DNA of 54,137 nt from Candidatus Geocrenenecus arthurdayi (GCA_023539395.1 JAKCEX010000005.1:1-54137), one strand, 5' to 3'. Shown: positions 1 through 8,522, counted from the stretch's first letter. Notes: a model not told the origin generated them from the letters alone. Made by a program: numbers and translations.

Positions 1-332
1 CTTCCTGTATGTTTTAGAACTCTCTCATCTTACTTTCCCGCTTTTATAGGAAATTGTTTAGAGTTGAGTGCTCATCTCTTCTATTCACGAATCTTACACT
101 CATGATTTTAACAACCTAGAATCTACCATGAAATATTACTTCAACTGGCTTTAGTCGTACCGATTTTTACTTGAGTTTTTCTTTTTTATGTTTATGGTCT
201 TCCAGCTGATAGAAGAGTACGCATCACCAATAACAACAATAAAAAAACTACATTTAATAAAAACTTGGAAAGGAGTATTGACAGGATTCAGAAATGCTCT
301 TCTACTGTAGTTTTAATGGTTATCATGTCTAA

Positions 333-1355
333 TCATAGGATATACGCTATTAGTATTGCTGCAATGAATATGTTTAGTAGTGCTAGAGGTATAAGTATTC
401 TCCAACCTATGTCTAAGAGTCTATCAATAGTTATTCTAGGATAAACACCTCTAAGGAATAAGACAAAAGACAATACTATCAGAGATTTTAACATTAACCA
501 GAGTGGTTCCTGTATCTCTATAGGGATGAAAGGTATGCTTGGTCCATGCCATCCACCTAGGAATAGTATAGATGTTATAACTGCTAGTGCATCAGCTTTA
601 AGATATACTCCAAGTTGTATAAACTCTAGTAATACTCCTGAATACTCTGTTGTCCATCCTGCAACTATCTCCTGCTCAGCTGTTGGAAGATCGAAGGGTA
701 TCCTCTCAACTTCCGCTATAGAGCTAACTAAGAAGACTATAAACGAGAAGGGTAGTACTAGTATGAATGGGAATTTCTCTTGAGCTTTAACTATTGCTTG
801 GAGGTCTAGGCTTCCCGCGACCATGGCTACAGGTATCATCGCTAGGAATAATGGGACTTCATATGCAAATAATTGGAAACCGAACCTCAACATCCCTATA
901 AATGGATACTTACTTCTAGATGCCCATGCAGCTACTAAGAAAGGTATAGGTGACACAGCTATAATAGCGAATACTAATAATAAGCTTACATCTGATGGGT
1001 ATATAATCCAGTTTCTACCAAAGGGTATGAAGGGGAAGATTAAGAGCGGTATAAACCCACCTATAATAGGTGAAGCTACAAACAATATTCTATGAGATCT
1101 TGATGGCACGATTACTTCTTTCGTTAAGAGTTTAACTGCATCTGCAATTAGCTGAAATATCCCTGCAATCTTCCCTACATGGAGTGGACCAATCCTTAAA
1201 GCAACTCTTGCAAGCAGCTTCCTCTCATACCAAACAGTAAACAAAGCATATAACATGACAAATGTTATCCCTGGGAAAAATGCAGCTTTAATAAATTCAT
1301 CACTAGTCAGTAGCTCGATAACTTCAGAGAACAAAGCTAGACCCCCTACTTGCAA
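333..1355 (-). CDS. nuoH: NADH:quinone oxidoreductase (complex I-type) membrane subunit H
   Basis: 340-aa polytopic membrane ORF. The block WYERKLLARVALRIGPLHVGKIAGIFQLIADAVKLLTKE matches the conserved NuoH/ND1 N-terminal signature. Apparent TTG start. Confidence 0.85.
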   Translation of the reverse strand: MQVGGLALFSEVIELLTSDEFIKAAFFPGITFVMLYALFTVWYERKLLARVALRIGPLHVGKIAGIFQLIADAVKLLTKEVIVPSRSHRILFVASPIIGGFIPLLIFPFIPFGRNWIIYPSDVSLLLVFAIIAVSPIPFLVAAWASRSKYPFIGMLRFGFQLFAYEVPLFLAMIPVAMVAGSLDLQAIVKAQEKFPFILVLPFSFIVFLVSSIAEVERIPFDLPTAEQEIVAGWTTEYSGVLLEFIQLGVYLKADALAVITSILFLGGWHGPSIPFIPIEIQEPLWLMLKSLIVLSFVLFLRGVYPRITIDRLLDIGWRILIPLALLNIFIAAILIAYIL

Positions 1356-1675
1356 TCAGACTATACCACATAGTAGTATAAATATATCTCATCGTAATCC
1401 TCAACATTAAAGAGTCTGTTAACTTTAGAGGATGCACCCCGCCAGTTACATCATATACTTATTAGAACTCCAAAAGTATTGACAGAGAATCTAGTCTTTC
1501 ATTAACCCTACTTATTCCGCTGATATTTCGTTACTCATCAACAGTGTATTCTTACGTTACTCAACTTCAGGGTCTCAGCATACATCAATAAACTACCGTA
1601 TAGATGTTTCAACAATATCTATAAAAAACTCTATCTAAGCACTTTCAGACAATAATCTTTTGAATCCTAGTAGTT

Positions 1676-2053
1676 TTAGTCTCTCTGTGGCTGTGGAGTG
1701 ATTTTCTGTTTAAGCTCTCTTAACTGAAGACCTATGAAGAATGCTCCAATTGTTAGTGACCCGAAGACTATGAGTATCCTATCTGCTATGTACGGCATCT
1801 CTACTAGCATCATTGAAGAGATGAAGACTACAACACCTACTACAGCATATGCAATGTAGATAATGAGGTATGGGAAATACTCGTATGGAAATGCTTCCTC
1901 CCTCCATGGCAGAGGTGTTTGACCACACTCGAAGAGGACTTTCTTCTTAATCATAGGTTTCCAAGGTGCAAGTATCAAGGGGAGTATCGCCATTAAAGCA
2001 ACTGTAGCTACTGCAAGTATAACGTAGAGAATAAGGGTGAAAAGAGGCGACAC
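1676..2053 (-). CDS. nuoA: NADH:quinone oxidoreductase subunit A-like small membrane protein
   Basis: 125 aa with three hydrophobic segments. FECGQTP...FPYEYF resembles the NuoA/ND3 (Y/F)ECG block. GTG start. Confidence 0.6.
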   Translation of the reverse strand: MSPLFTLILYVILAVATVALMAILPLILAPWKPMIKKKVLFECGQTPLPWREEAFPYEYFPYLIIYIAYAVVGVVVFISSMMLVEMPYIADRILIVFGSLTIGAFFIGLQLRELKQKITPQPQRD

Positions 2054-2273
2054 TCACATCACCCGTGGAGCCTCTAAATCATTCAATTACTCTTTCAATA
2101 ATCTAGAGGCTCTTTAATATAAAGATTAAACATGCAATTAAAACGTTGAGTTAGATAGACTGTACAAACTAGTATGCTATTCTAACCTCATAGATATAGG
2201 TAGTTATCAGCTGAAACCCTACTATTTCTAGGGAAACTCTTTAGCTTGGAAGAAATAGATATAACAGGTCTAG

Positions 2274-2528
2274 ATGAGTAAGCTGCCTGATGAGCTTAAG
2301 GAAAGGGTTAAGAAGATAGTTGAAGAAATCCTAGATAATAGTCTACCAGATAGTAGGGTAGAAGAGCTGTCTAGGAAGTGGATTGAATGTATTAAAGAGA
2401 TACTTGATTACAACAAGGTAGATTATAATGAAGAAGACTTAGGAGAGCTTAAAGATAATTTTCTTAAAATATTAGAGTTTATCAGGAAACATAAAGACTC
2501 AGATAGTGTAGATGGAGGAAGCATCTAG
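2274..2528 (+). CDS. hypothetical acidic helical protein (84 aa)
   Basis: ATG-initiated ORF in an otherwise empty interval. No motif recognised, and coding status is uncertain. Confidence 0.4.
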   Translation: MSKLPDELKERVKKIVEEILDNSLPDSRVEELSRKWIECIKEILDYNKVDYNEEDLGELKDNFLKILEFIRKHKDSDSVDGGSI

Positions 2529-2533
2529 TAATC

Positions 2534-3496
2534 CTATATTGCTAGTTTCTCAGCTAATTTTAAGAGTTCAATATTTAGAGGTTTTTCGTTACTACAGGAT
2601 TCTTCTAAGCTTATAGATGTTACCTCACTTTTCTGTATTCCAACGACTATTCCACTTTTTCCATCGAGTAGTGATTCAATTGCTTTAGCTGCGAATATTG
2701 ATGCTAAATATCTGCTACGTGCGGTTGGGCTTCCACCTCTCTGAACGTATCCTAGAACACTTACTCTAACTTCTACTCCAACATTCTTCTCAATAGCTAC
2801 TGCTAAGCTGGTGGTTTTTCCAACTCCTTCAGCTATAACAATTATGCTTGAGTTCTTCCCGATGCTTGCATTCTTCCGTATTGTTTCTAATACTGCTTTC
2901 TCATCGTATTCAACTTCTGGTACAAGTATTACTTCTGCTCCTGCGGTTAAACCTACTTCTACTGCTAGGAACCCTCTCTTCCTACCCATAACCTCAACTA
3001 TAAATGTTCTCTCATGAGATATCGCTGTATCTCTAATCTTATTTATCTCTGTTAATGCAGTATTTACAGCTGTATCAAATCCTATTGTTTCATCTGTACC
3101 ATATACGTCATTATCTATTGAGGCAGGTAGTACAGCGATCTTTACGTCTGTTAGCTTACTTAATTCATAGGCTCCTCTGACAGAGCCTTCACCTCCAATG
3201 ACTATTAACCCATCGAGGTCATTTTCTTCAATATTCTTAGCAGCTTTCTCAAGACCTTCTCTAGTTTTAAACTCTAAGCATCTTGAAGTCTTAAGAATCG
3301 TTCCACCTAAATGGAGTATACCGCTAACAGCTCTAGCATTAAGAGGAATAAAATTATTTTTTATAATGCCTTCCCATCCTCTCAAGAAACCTATAACTTC
3401 TAAATTATTCCAGGCCGATAGCCTAACCAATGCTCTAATGGCAGCATTCATCCCAGGAGCATCTCCACCACTTGTAACTATTCCGAGTTTCTTCAA
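2534..3496 (-). CDS. pfkA: 6-phosphofructokinase, PfkA family
   Basis: MKKLGIVTSGGDAPGMNAAIRA N-terminus, GGEGS and LPASIDND blocks, and C-terminal GYVQRGG. The TTG start sits exactly at the family N-terminus. Confidence 0.85.
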   Translation of the reverse strand: MKKLGIVTSGGDAPGMNAAIRALVRLSAWNNLEVIGFLRGWEGIIKNNFIPLNARAVSGILHLGGTILKTSRCLEFKTREGLEKAAKNIEENDLDGLIVIGGEGSVRGAYELSKLTDVKIAVLPASIDNDVYGTDETIGFDTAVNTALTEINKIRDTAISHERTFIVEVMGRKRGFLAVEVGLTAGAEVILVPEVEYDEKAVLETIRKNASIGKNSSIIVIAEGVGKTTSLAVAIEKNVGVEVRVSVLGYVQRGGSPTARSRYLASIFAAKAIESLLDGKSGIVVGIQKSEVTSISLEESCSNEKPLNIELLKLAEKLAI

Positions 3497-3530
3497 GATA
3501 CCACACCTTAAGATAAGCTTACACCTTCTC

Positions 3531-3545
3531 TATATAACTTTGCGG
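3531..3545 (-). promoter_or_regulatory. candidate BRE/TATA element for pfkA
   Basis: The minus strand reads CGCAAAG-TTATATA, 35-41 nt upstream of the pfkA TTG start. This fits the archaeal purine-rich BRE plus TATA arrangement with a short leader. Confidence 0.35.
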
Positions 3546-3603
3546 AATTACAAAGCTAGGATGTTTATCTTAAAGTATGTGAGAAACGTGGGGTGGTTAT
3601 GTT

Positions 3604-3954
3604 TTACGCTTTAAACCTCTTGAGTCTAAAGTTTACTCCTGTAGCTATAAGGTTTGCTCTAACTATTGTGTAGGTTACTTGTTCAGAAAGCTTTGAGTAT
3701 TCTTCTTCAGTCAGGTCCCAGTTTCTTGATTCAAGCATTTCATACATTTTCTTCATGTTATTGTATAGGTCTCTAAAACCATGCATATTCTCAGAATATT
3801 GAGGTTTAGATGCCGAATACTCAACTAATCTATAAGCTCTCCTAAAATATTTATAGTCTTCAGTATCTAGGAAGGCTCTCAAGTTAAAGATTATCATCCT
3901 AGTTAATGTAAAGACTTCTCTAAGAATCTTCCTCTCCTCGATTAACTTACTCAT
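3604..3954 (-). CDS. hypothetical protein (116 aa) coupled to nuoI-like gene
   Basis: Its ATG directly abuts the nuoI-like TGA stop with no spacer. Hydrophilic, with no recognisable motif. Confidence 0.5.
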   Translation of the reverse strand: MSKLIEERKILREVFTLTRMIIFNLRAFLDTEDYKYFRRAYRLVEYSASKPQYSENMHGFRDLYNNMKKMYEMLESRNWDLTEEEYSKLSEQVTYTIVRANLIATGVNFRLKRFKA

Positions 3955-4809
3955 TCACCTATACCTCCTAAACAGCATTACTGTCTTCTCTGACCATGTA
4001 GTCTCAGGAGGGTATGTTTCAAAGAATCTACTGCTAAGCATAAGTGGTGTATAGAAGAGTTCTTCTCTTTCAAGAGAGGATAACTCGTATGATGGTCCCA
4101 TCTCTAAAGCATAGAATGGGCATGCATCTACACAGAATCCGCAGAAAACACATCTACCGTAATCTATCGCTGGGAAAGTACTCCTCTTATTATGCTTTAA
4201 CCCAAAGTCTCTCTTCTCAATTACTAGCTCGATTACTTTGGCATCTCTACTAATCTTAAACTTCATTTTCTCCATAGGCTTATACTCTACCAGCTCTGAT
4301 GCCCAACCCCTCTTAACTAATTCATTGAGAGAATCTTCTAGAAGATTTTCATATACTACTTCACATCGGTAATTAAATATTGGATCATTATTCATTCTTA
4401 GAATATAGGTGTCTCCATTCTTCTCAAATGATTTCAATTCTCCAGAAAATGGTTCTACAAATAACTCGATAATACTAGATACTTCTCCACATTTTTTTAA
4501 TTCTTCATACATGCTTAGGTCAAGCTTTAGAATAACATCATAACCGAAGACCATAGATATTGCTTCAGCTATGTTTTCACATGCTCGGTCGCATGCTCCA
4601 CATCCAGTACATTTATCGAGATAGAGTATGTGTCTACCCTTGTATCCAGGATAAGCAACCCCCTCTTTCGGGTCAAATCTATAGTTTGATTCTGGGATAT
4701 TGTAAGTTCTCTCGTATGGGTATTTAATGGTTATCGGTCTAAAGAATATATGTTTTAAACCTGAGATTATAGGTGATAGAATCCTCGTAATAACGTTCCC
4801 CGAAACCAT
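3955..4809 (-). CDS. nuoI: NuoI-like 2x[4Fe-4S] ferredoxin subunit with large internal insertion
   Basis: RPITIKYPYE and YKGRHILYLDKC blocks. Two CxxCxxCxxxC motifs (Cys67-77 and Cys220-230, the second followed by PFYALEMGPSYEL) align with NuoI/Nqo9. The motifs are 142 aa apart. Confidence 0.75.
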   Translation of the reverse strand: MVSGNVITRILSPIISGLKHIFFRPITIKYPYERTYNIPESNYRFDPKEGVAYPGYKGRHILYLDKCTGCGACDRACENIAEAISMVFGYDVILKLDLSMYEELKKCGEVSSIIELFVEPFSGELKSFEKNGDTYILRMNNDPIFNYRCEVVYENLLEDSLNELVKRGWASELVEYKPMEKMKFKISRDAKVIELVIEKRDFGLKHNKRSTFPAIDYGRCVFCGFCVDACPFYALEMGPSYELSSLEREELFYTPLMLSSRFFETYPPETTWSEKTVMLFRRYR

Positions 4810-4855
4810 ATCTACAAAATCAATTCTAAGTCTTGCATAATATAAGTTTCTCTTC

Positions 4856-5398
4856 TTAATCGAGGATTATTATGTAGCAGTAATCTTTAGACTGCGTATC
4901 TTCCAGCTCTATTATTTTTCCAGCTTTCTGAATCCTCTCTACCACGTTTTTCCTTAGATCTTCTCTCTTCTTTAACAGTGTTACTACTATGAATTGCTGT
5001 GAGATTCTAATTGCTTCCTCCACCGCTTTATCAATATCTAGTAGATGAATAACCGTGAAGCTCGTAGAGATTTGGAAGGATTTATCTCTAAAAGGTAGGT
5101 GGTGGGCATCTGCAACAATATATTCTACTGTATGCTCTCTACGATTACTATTCTTCTTTGCATACTTTACTCTATCATAGTCTATGTCTACCCCAATGTA
5201 TGTCCCCTCAAAACCAGCTTCTTCTAGATATTGAGCTAGAAGCCCAACACCGCACCCAATATCTAGCACTCTAGAAAACCCTAAACCAAGATAGTTAAAA
5301 ACCACTCTATACTTTACAACTTGTTCATCTCCATATAGTTCTCTGTAACCCTCAGCTGGAACATCATAAAGTAGTTTATACAATCCATAACATAACAT
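4856..5398 (-). CDS. class I SAM-dependent methyltransferase
   Basis: VLDIGCGVGLLAQYLEE is a glycine-rich SAM motif I. It is followed by the acidic loop GVDIDYD and the IVADAHHLPF motif. Confidence 0.75.
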   Translation of the reverse strand: MLCYGLYKLLYDVPAEGYRELYGDEQVVKYRVVFNYLGLGFSRVLDIGCGVGLLAQYLEEAGFEGTYIGVDIDYDRVKYAKKNSNRREHTVEYIVADAHHLPFRDKSFQISTSFTVIHLLDIDKAVEEAIRISQQFIVVTLLKKREDLRKNVVERIQKAGKIIELEDTQSKDYCYIIILD

Positions 5399-5606
5399 TA
5401 AGTCAGTGGATAATCAACTTTATACAATACAGTGGGTACTATCCAGATAAGGTTTTAAATACTGTTCAGAGATGACCGCTTCCCAGCCTACGCAATCATA
5501 TCCCCACTGGTTATTTAACCCCTCATCTGGAAACTATCTCTTAAATGTTAGACAAAATCTAAGAAATAGATTAATGGTATCTTAAAGCTTCCGCAACCTT
5601 AAGCTT

Positions 5607-5910
5607 CTAAGGAGGTAGATAGCAGGGTAGATAGCTTAAGACCTTAAGCCTCAGCTTCGGGGGCTTCTGAAGTGGGATAACGTCGACAGGTATCCTAATC
5701 TCATCTTCAAGTATTCCAGCCAAGTTGATTATATCCTCCAGATCTTCCTCTAGCTGGAAGTAAACTCCAACATCTATATCCCTTACCAATTCTTCTCTTT
5801 AAGACGGAGCCGAAGAGTACAGCTATCACTAGATTGTGCAGCTTTTCCAAGACTATCTTCAGCTGGTCCTTAAGAGAGTCTATAGAGACGTCGTAGTATC
5901 TTATGCTCAA
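5607..5910 (-). pseudogene. frameshifted minimal nucleotidyltransferase (MNT/MntA-type antitoxin)
   Basis: ORFs 5707..5910 and 5607..5789 are offset by one nucleotide. Together they spell ...AVLFGSVLKRR / VRDIDVGVYFQLEEDLEDIINLAG..., the GS...DxD minimal NTase core. The frame break lies near 5786-5792. Confidence 0.65.
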
Positions 5911-5911
5911 C

Positions 5912-6151
5912 TTAGGAAGATCTCTCTACCCTCCTCAAAAGTTCTTCAACACATTTAAAGTTAGTCTTCAAGCCTTGATAAATCCTCTCATCTTCCACGT
6001 CCCAGTAGAGGTGGATGAGTAGGTTTCGAAGCCCAACTAGCGACTCAAGATCCCTTAAGCAGGTTACGTTCATCCTCTCTGCAGCAAAATGCACAGCTTC
6101 TCTGTAGGAGGTAGCCTTCCACCAAAACTCTCGATAGCTATATGCAAACAC
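5912..6151 (-). CDS. HEPN/DUF86 (HepT-like) toxin domain protein, short form
   Basis: RNLLIH (Rx4H) motif followed by LYWDVEDERIY. Its stop codon is 1 nt from the MNT start. At 79 aa it is short for the family, and an in-frame stop lies just upstream of the GTG start. Confidence 0.6.
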   Translation of the reverse strand: MFAYSYREFWWKATSYREAVHFAAERMNVTCLRDLESLVGLRNLLIHLYWDVEDERIYQGLKTNFKCVEELLRRVERSS

Positions 6152-6439
6152 AAGAATACTAGAGACTCAAACAGTAAGATTATGTTATAGCGTACGCCTA
6201 AAGCAGCCAGAGACTAAACCTACAGCATACATTAAACAAGACACAACATCAAGCTCTCAAATATAACTCCTTATCCGAGCATTGCCACATATTATAATAA
6301 AAGAGTTATAGGTATAAGCTTCTCAAGATAATATGCTCTCAAGATTTGTACTGGTTTTATAATCTTCTAGAAGACTTCTAGAGCTTGCTTTCAAGTGATT
6401 CACGAAAGCTTAAAAACTTCTGTACATGCATGGATGTGG

Positions 6440-7483
6440 ATGGTTGAGTATAGAGAGCTTGGAAGAAGCGGGATCAAGGTTTCAGCTATAGGTATTGGCA
6501 CTTGGCAGTGGGGCTCTAAGATCTGGGGATATTCAAAAACGTATAGTGTAGATGACCTGATTGAAGCATTTAATAAAGCTCTAGAACTTGGCTTAAACTT
6601 TTTTGATACTGCAGAGATTTATGGTAATGGGAAGTCGGAAGAAATCCTTGGTAGATGTTTAAGAAACGTGAAGAGAGAAGAAGTAGTTATAGCTACGAAG
6701 TTTTCTCCTACTAGGTTTACTGAGAACGGTGTGAGAAAAGCATTAGAGAATAGTTTGAAACGTCTAGGGACGTCCTACGTAGATCTATATCAAGTCCATT
6801 GGCCTAACCCTCTAGTCCCTATACGGAATACTATGAGAGTATTAGAGAAGCTTTGGAGTGAAGGTAAGATCTTAGCAATAGGGGTAAGCAACTTTAACTT
6901 AAAACAACTCGTAAAAGCTAGAGACTCTCTATCCAAGACAGACATTGTATCTAACCAAGTAGAATACAATATGCTGAAGAGAGACATTGAGAGAGACTTG
7001 TTGGGGTACTGTTTAAGAGAAAAGATAACGATAATAGCTTACAGCCCTCTAGCGCAAGGTGCTCTTACGGGGAAATACAGTAAGATTAATAAGCCTACAG
7101 ACTTGGTTAGAAGATCCAATCCATACTTTACATCGAAGAAGCTGGAAAGCATTGCTCCTTTACTAGATACTTTAAGAGATATATCGAGTAGAAGAGGGAG
7201 GACGGTTTCTCAGATTGTTTTAAACTGGATACTTAGATGGGAGAATACTGTACCTATACCTGGAGTAAAAAGGGTTAGCCATGTATTAGATATAGCGGGC
7301 TCAATGGGTTTCAGGTTAAATGATGAAGAATTGAGAATGATAGAAGAGAAGCTTAATGAAGCCATGTTAGTGGATCCATCAAAGCTTAAACGTGGAGTAC
7401 AGTTACTGAGAAACTATCTCTCAATGATATTCTATGAGAAAAAAGGAGTTAAGGATAGACAATATTCTGGCGATCAACATTAA
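6440..7483 (+). CDS. aldo/keto reductase
   Basis: ELGRSGIKVSAIGIGTW, FFDTAEIYGNGKSEE, LYQVHWP and GVSNF blocks. I chose the ATG at 6440 because it matches the family N-terminus; the ORF is open from 6395. About 45 aa of C-terminal extension. Confidence 0.85.
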   Translation: MVEYRELGRSGIKVSAIGIGTWQWGSKIWGYSKTYSVDDLIEAFNKALELGLNFFDTAEIYGNGKSEEILGRCLRNVKREEVVIATKFSPTRFTENGVRKALENSLKRLGTSYVDLYQVHWPNPLVPIRNTMRVLEKLWSEGKILAIGVSNFNLKQLVKARDSLSKTDIVSNQVEYNMLKRDIERDLLGYCLREKITIIAYSPLAQGALTGKYSKINKPTDLVRRSNPYFTSKKLESIAPLLDTLRDISSRRGRTVSQIVLNWILRWENTVPIPGVKRVSHVLDIAGSMGFRLNDEELRMIEEKLNEAMLVDPSKLKRGVQLLRNYLSMIFYEKKGVKDRQYSGDQH

Positions 7484-7508
7484 ATAATTGATTGAATATC
7501 TCTACACT

Positions 7509-7573
7509 GGCTGGCGATGAAGAATTTGCCGAGTTCAGAATTGTGAAGATAATTGGCCCTCGCTGAGCCAGCC
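7509..7573 (+). ncRNA. C/D box sRNA candidate (2'-O-methylation guide)
   Basis: GGCTGGC-g-ATGAAGA(C)-ATTTGCCGAGTT(12 nt)-CAGA(D')-ATT-GTGAAGA(C')-TAATTGGCCCTCG(13 nt)-CTGA(D)-GCCAGCC. 7-bp terminal stem. TTAAATAA TATA-like box about 24 nt upstream. Lies in a convergent intergenic spacer. Confidence 0.55.
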
Positions 7574-7585
7574 TAGCCTCAGCAT

Positions 7586-7852
7586 CTACTTGGATGGTTC
7601 TGATGCTCTAAATTCTTCTACTTCTCCTGTTATTGAATTAATCTTCACAAAAACATCGTAGCCTTTCTTCTCGAATAATCCTCTAGTCAATACTACTTTC
7701 AATTTAACAATCCATTTACTCCCCTCACTATATGGAGTTAACCAGATGCTTTCAACCCATGAATCTTTAATTTTTCCTCTAAGCCTCTTCTCAACTTCTC
7801 CTTCAGCAATGCTTTTCGCATCAATCCAGCTTGAAATCCTTACTCTCTCCAT
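7586..7852 (-). CDS. hypothetical protein (88 aa)
   Basis: Clean ORF with ATG start filling an intergenic slot. No motif recognised. Confidence 0.4.
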   Translation of the reverse strand: MERVRISSWIDAKSIAEGEVEKRLRGKIKDSWVESIWLTPYSEGSKWIVKLKVVLTRGLFEKKGYDVFVKINSITGEVEEFRASEPSK

Positions 7853-7940
7853 ACAAGCCCAGATTATTTATGCTATGTGAGATATATTATTTTTATCTAA
7901 CACTTCATAATCTGTATTAGGTTAGTGGAGGCTAACATAT

Positions 7941-8522
7941 ATGGATGAAGAATCTTTTGAAGTGTATGGATATATCGTATCTTTTGAACCTGTATTGAAG
8001 AAAAACATAATCAATTATAGGGTTAAAGTTATCTCTCCAGGAGTAAGGTCTTGGATAATCTATATAAGGGAGGTTCCCAGAAAGTTTAAGCTTGGAGTAT
8101 TTGCTAGGATAAAAGTAGTAGTAAGTAGGCAGACAAGGGAAGAAAAACTAGTAGCAGAAGAAGTAGAAATACTTGAGAATCCAAAACCCTACGAGTTTGT
8201 TGAAGTCATCATAGAAGAAATGTCTAGAGGGGTTGTTAACGTAGTTTCAGGGTGGAGGATGGATAGATATTTCAGCCTCCCAGTAACAGATGAAGAGGTT
8301 GTAAGCAAGCTTACTGGAGGATTTCCCTTAAAAGCTATGTGCCTCTTCATAGAGACGGGTAGAGGAATTAGTTTAGCATCAATTATGTCAAGTAAGGAAT
8401 ATAGAGTAGTTTCAAGAATGCTTGAGCTAATTAAAATGATAGAAGAGTATGAAGAAGAAATAGATGGAACTTCCCGTGAAGAACTAAGCAATATTATACA
8501 TTCTATCAATCCAAAATCGTAA
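7941..8522 (+). CDS. hypothetical protein (193 aa), possible N-terminal OB-like beta domain
   Basis: ATG start. Beta-rich N-terminal half and helical acidic C-terminus. No catalytic motif recognised. Confidence 0.45.
   Translation: MDEESFEVYGYIVSFEPVLKKNIINYRVKVISPGVRSWIIYIREVPRKFKLGVFARIKVVVSRQTREEKLVAEEVEILENPKPYEFVEVIIEEMSRGVVNVVSGWRMDRYFSLPVTDEEVVSKLTGGFPLKAMCLFIETGRGISLASIMSSKEYRVVSRMLELIKMIEEYEEEIDGTSREELSNIIHSINPKS

Noticed and set aside
526-1095. Two plus-strand ORFs (85 and 90 aa) inside the nuoH region.
   Set aside because: They lie entirely antisense to a well-supported NuoH coding sequence. Their composition is Ser/Thr/Asn-rich and low-complexity, typical of antisense frames, and they carry no motifs.
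1356-1675. The 320-bp nuoA-nuoH gap, examined as a possible ncRNA or nuoB/C/D remnant.
   Set aside because: It is too short for the missing genes. It has no ORF fragments with Nuo motifs, and only a degenerate TTGATGA...CAGC...CTGT pattern with wrong spacing. It is left as an unexplained spacer and mentioned under the nuo layout finding.
6395-6439. 15-codon N-terminal extension of the aldo/keto reductase ORF (MIHESLKTSVHAWMW).
   Set aside because: The family N-terminus begins at MVEYRELG (ATG at 6440). The extension has no counterpart in the paralogue at 40440.
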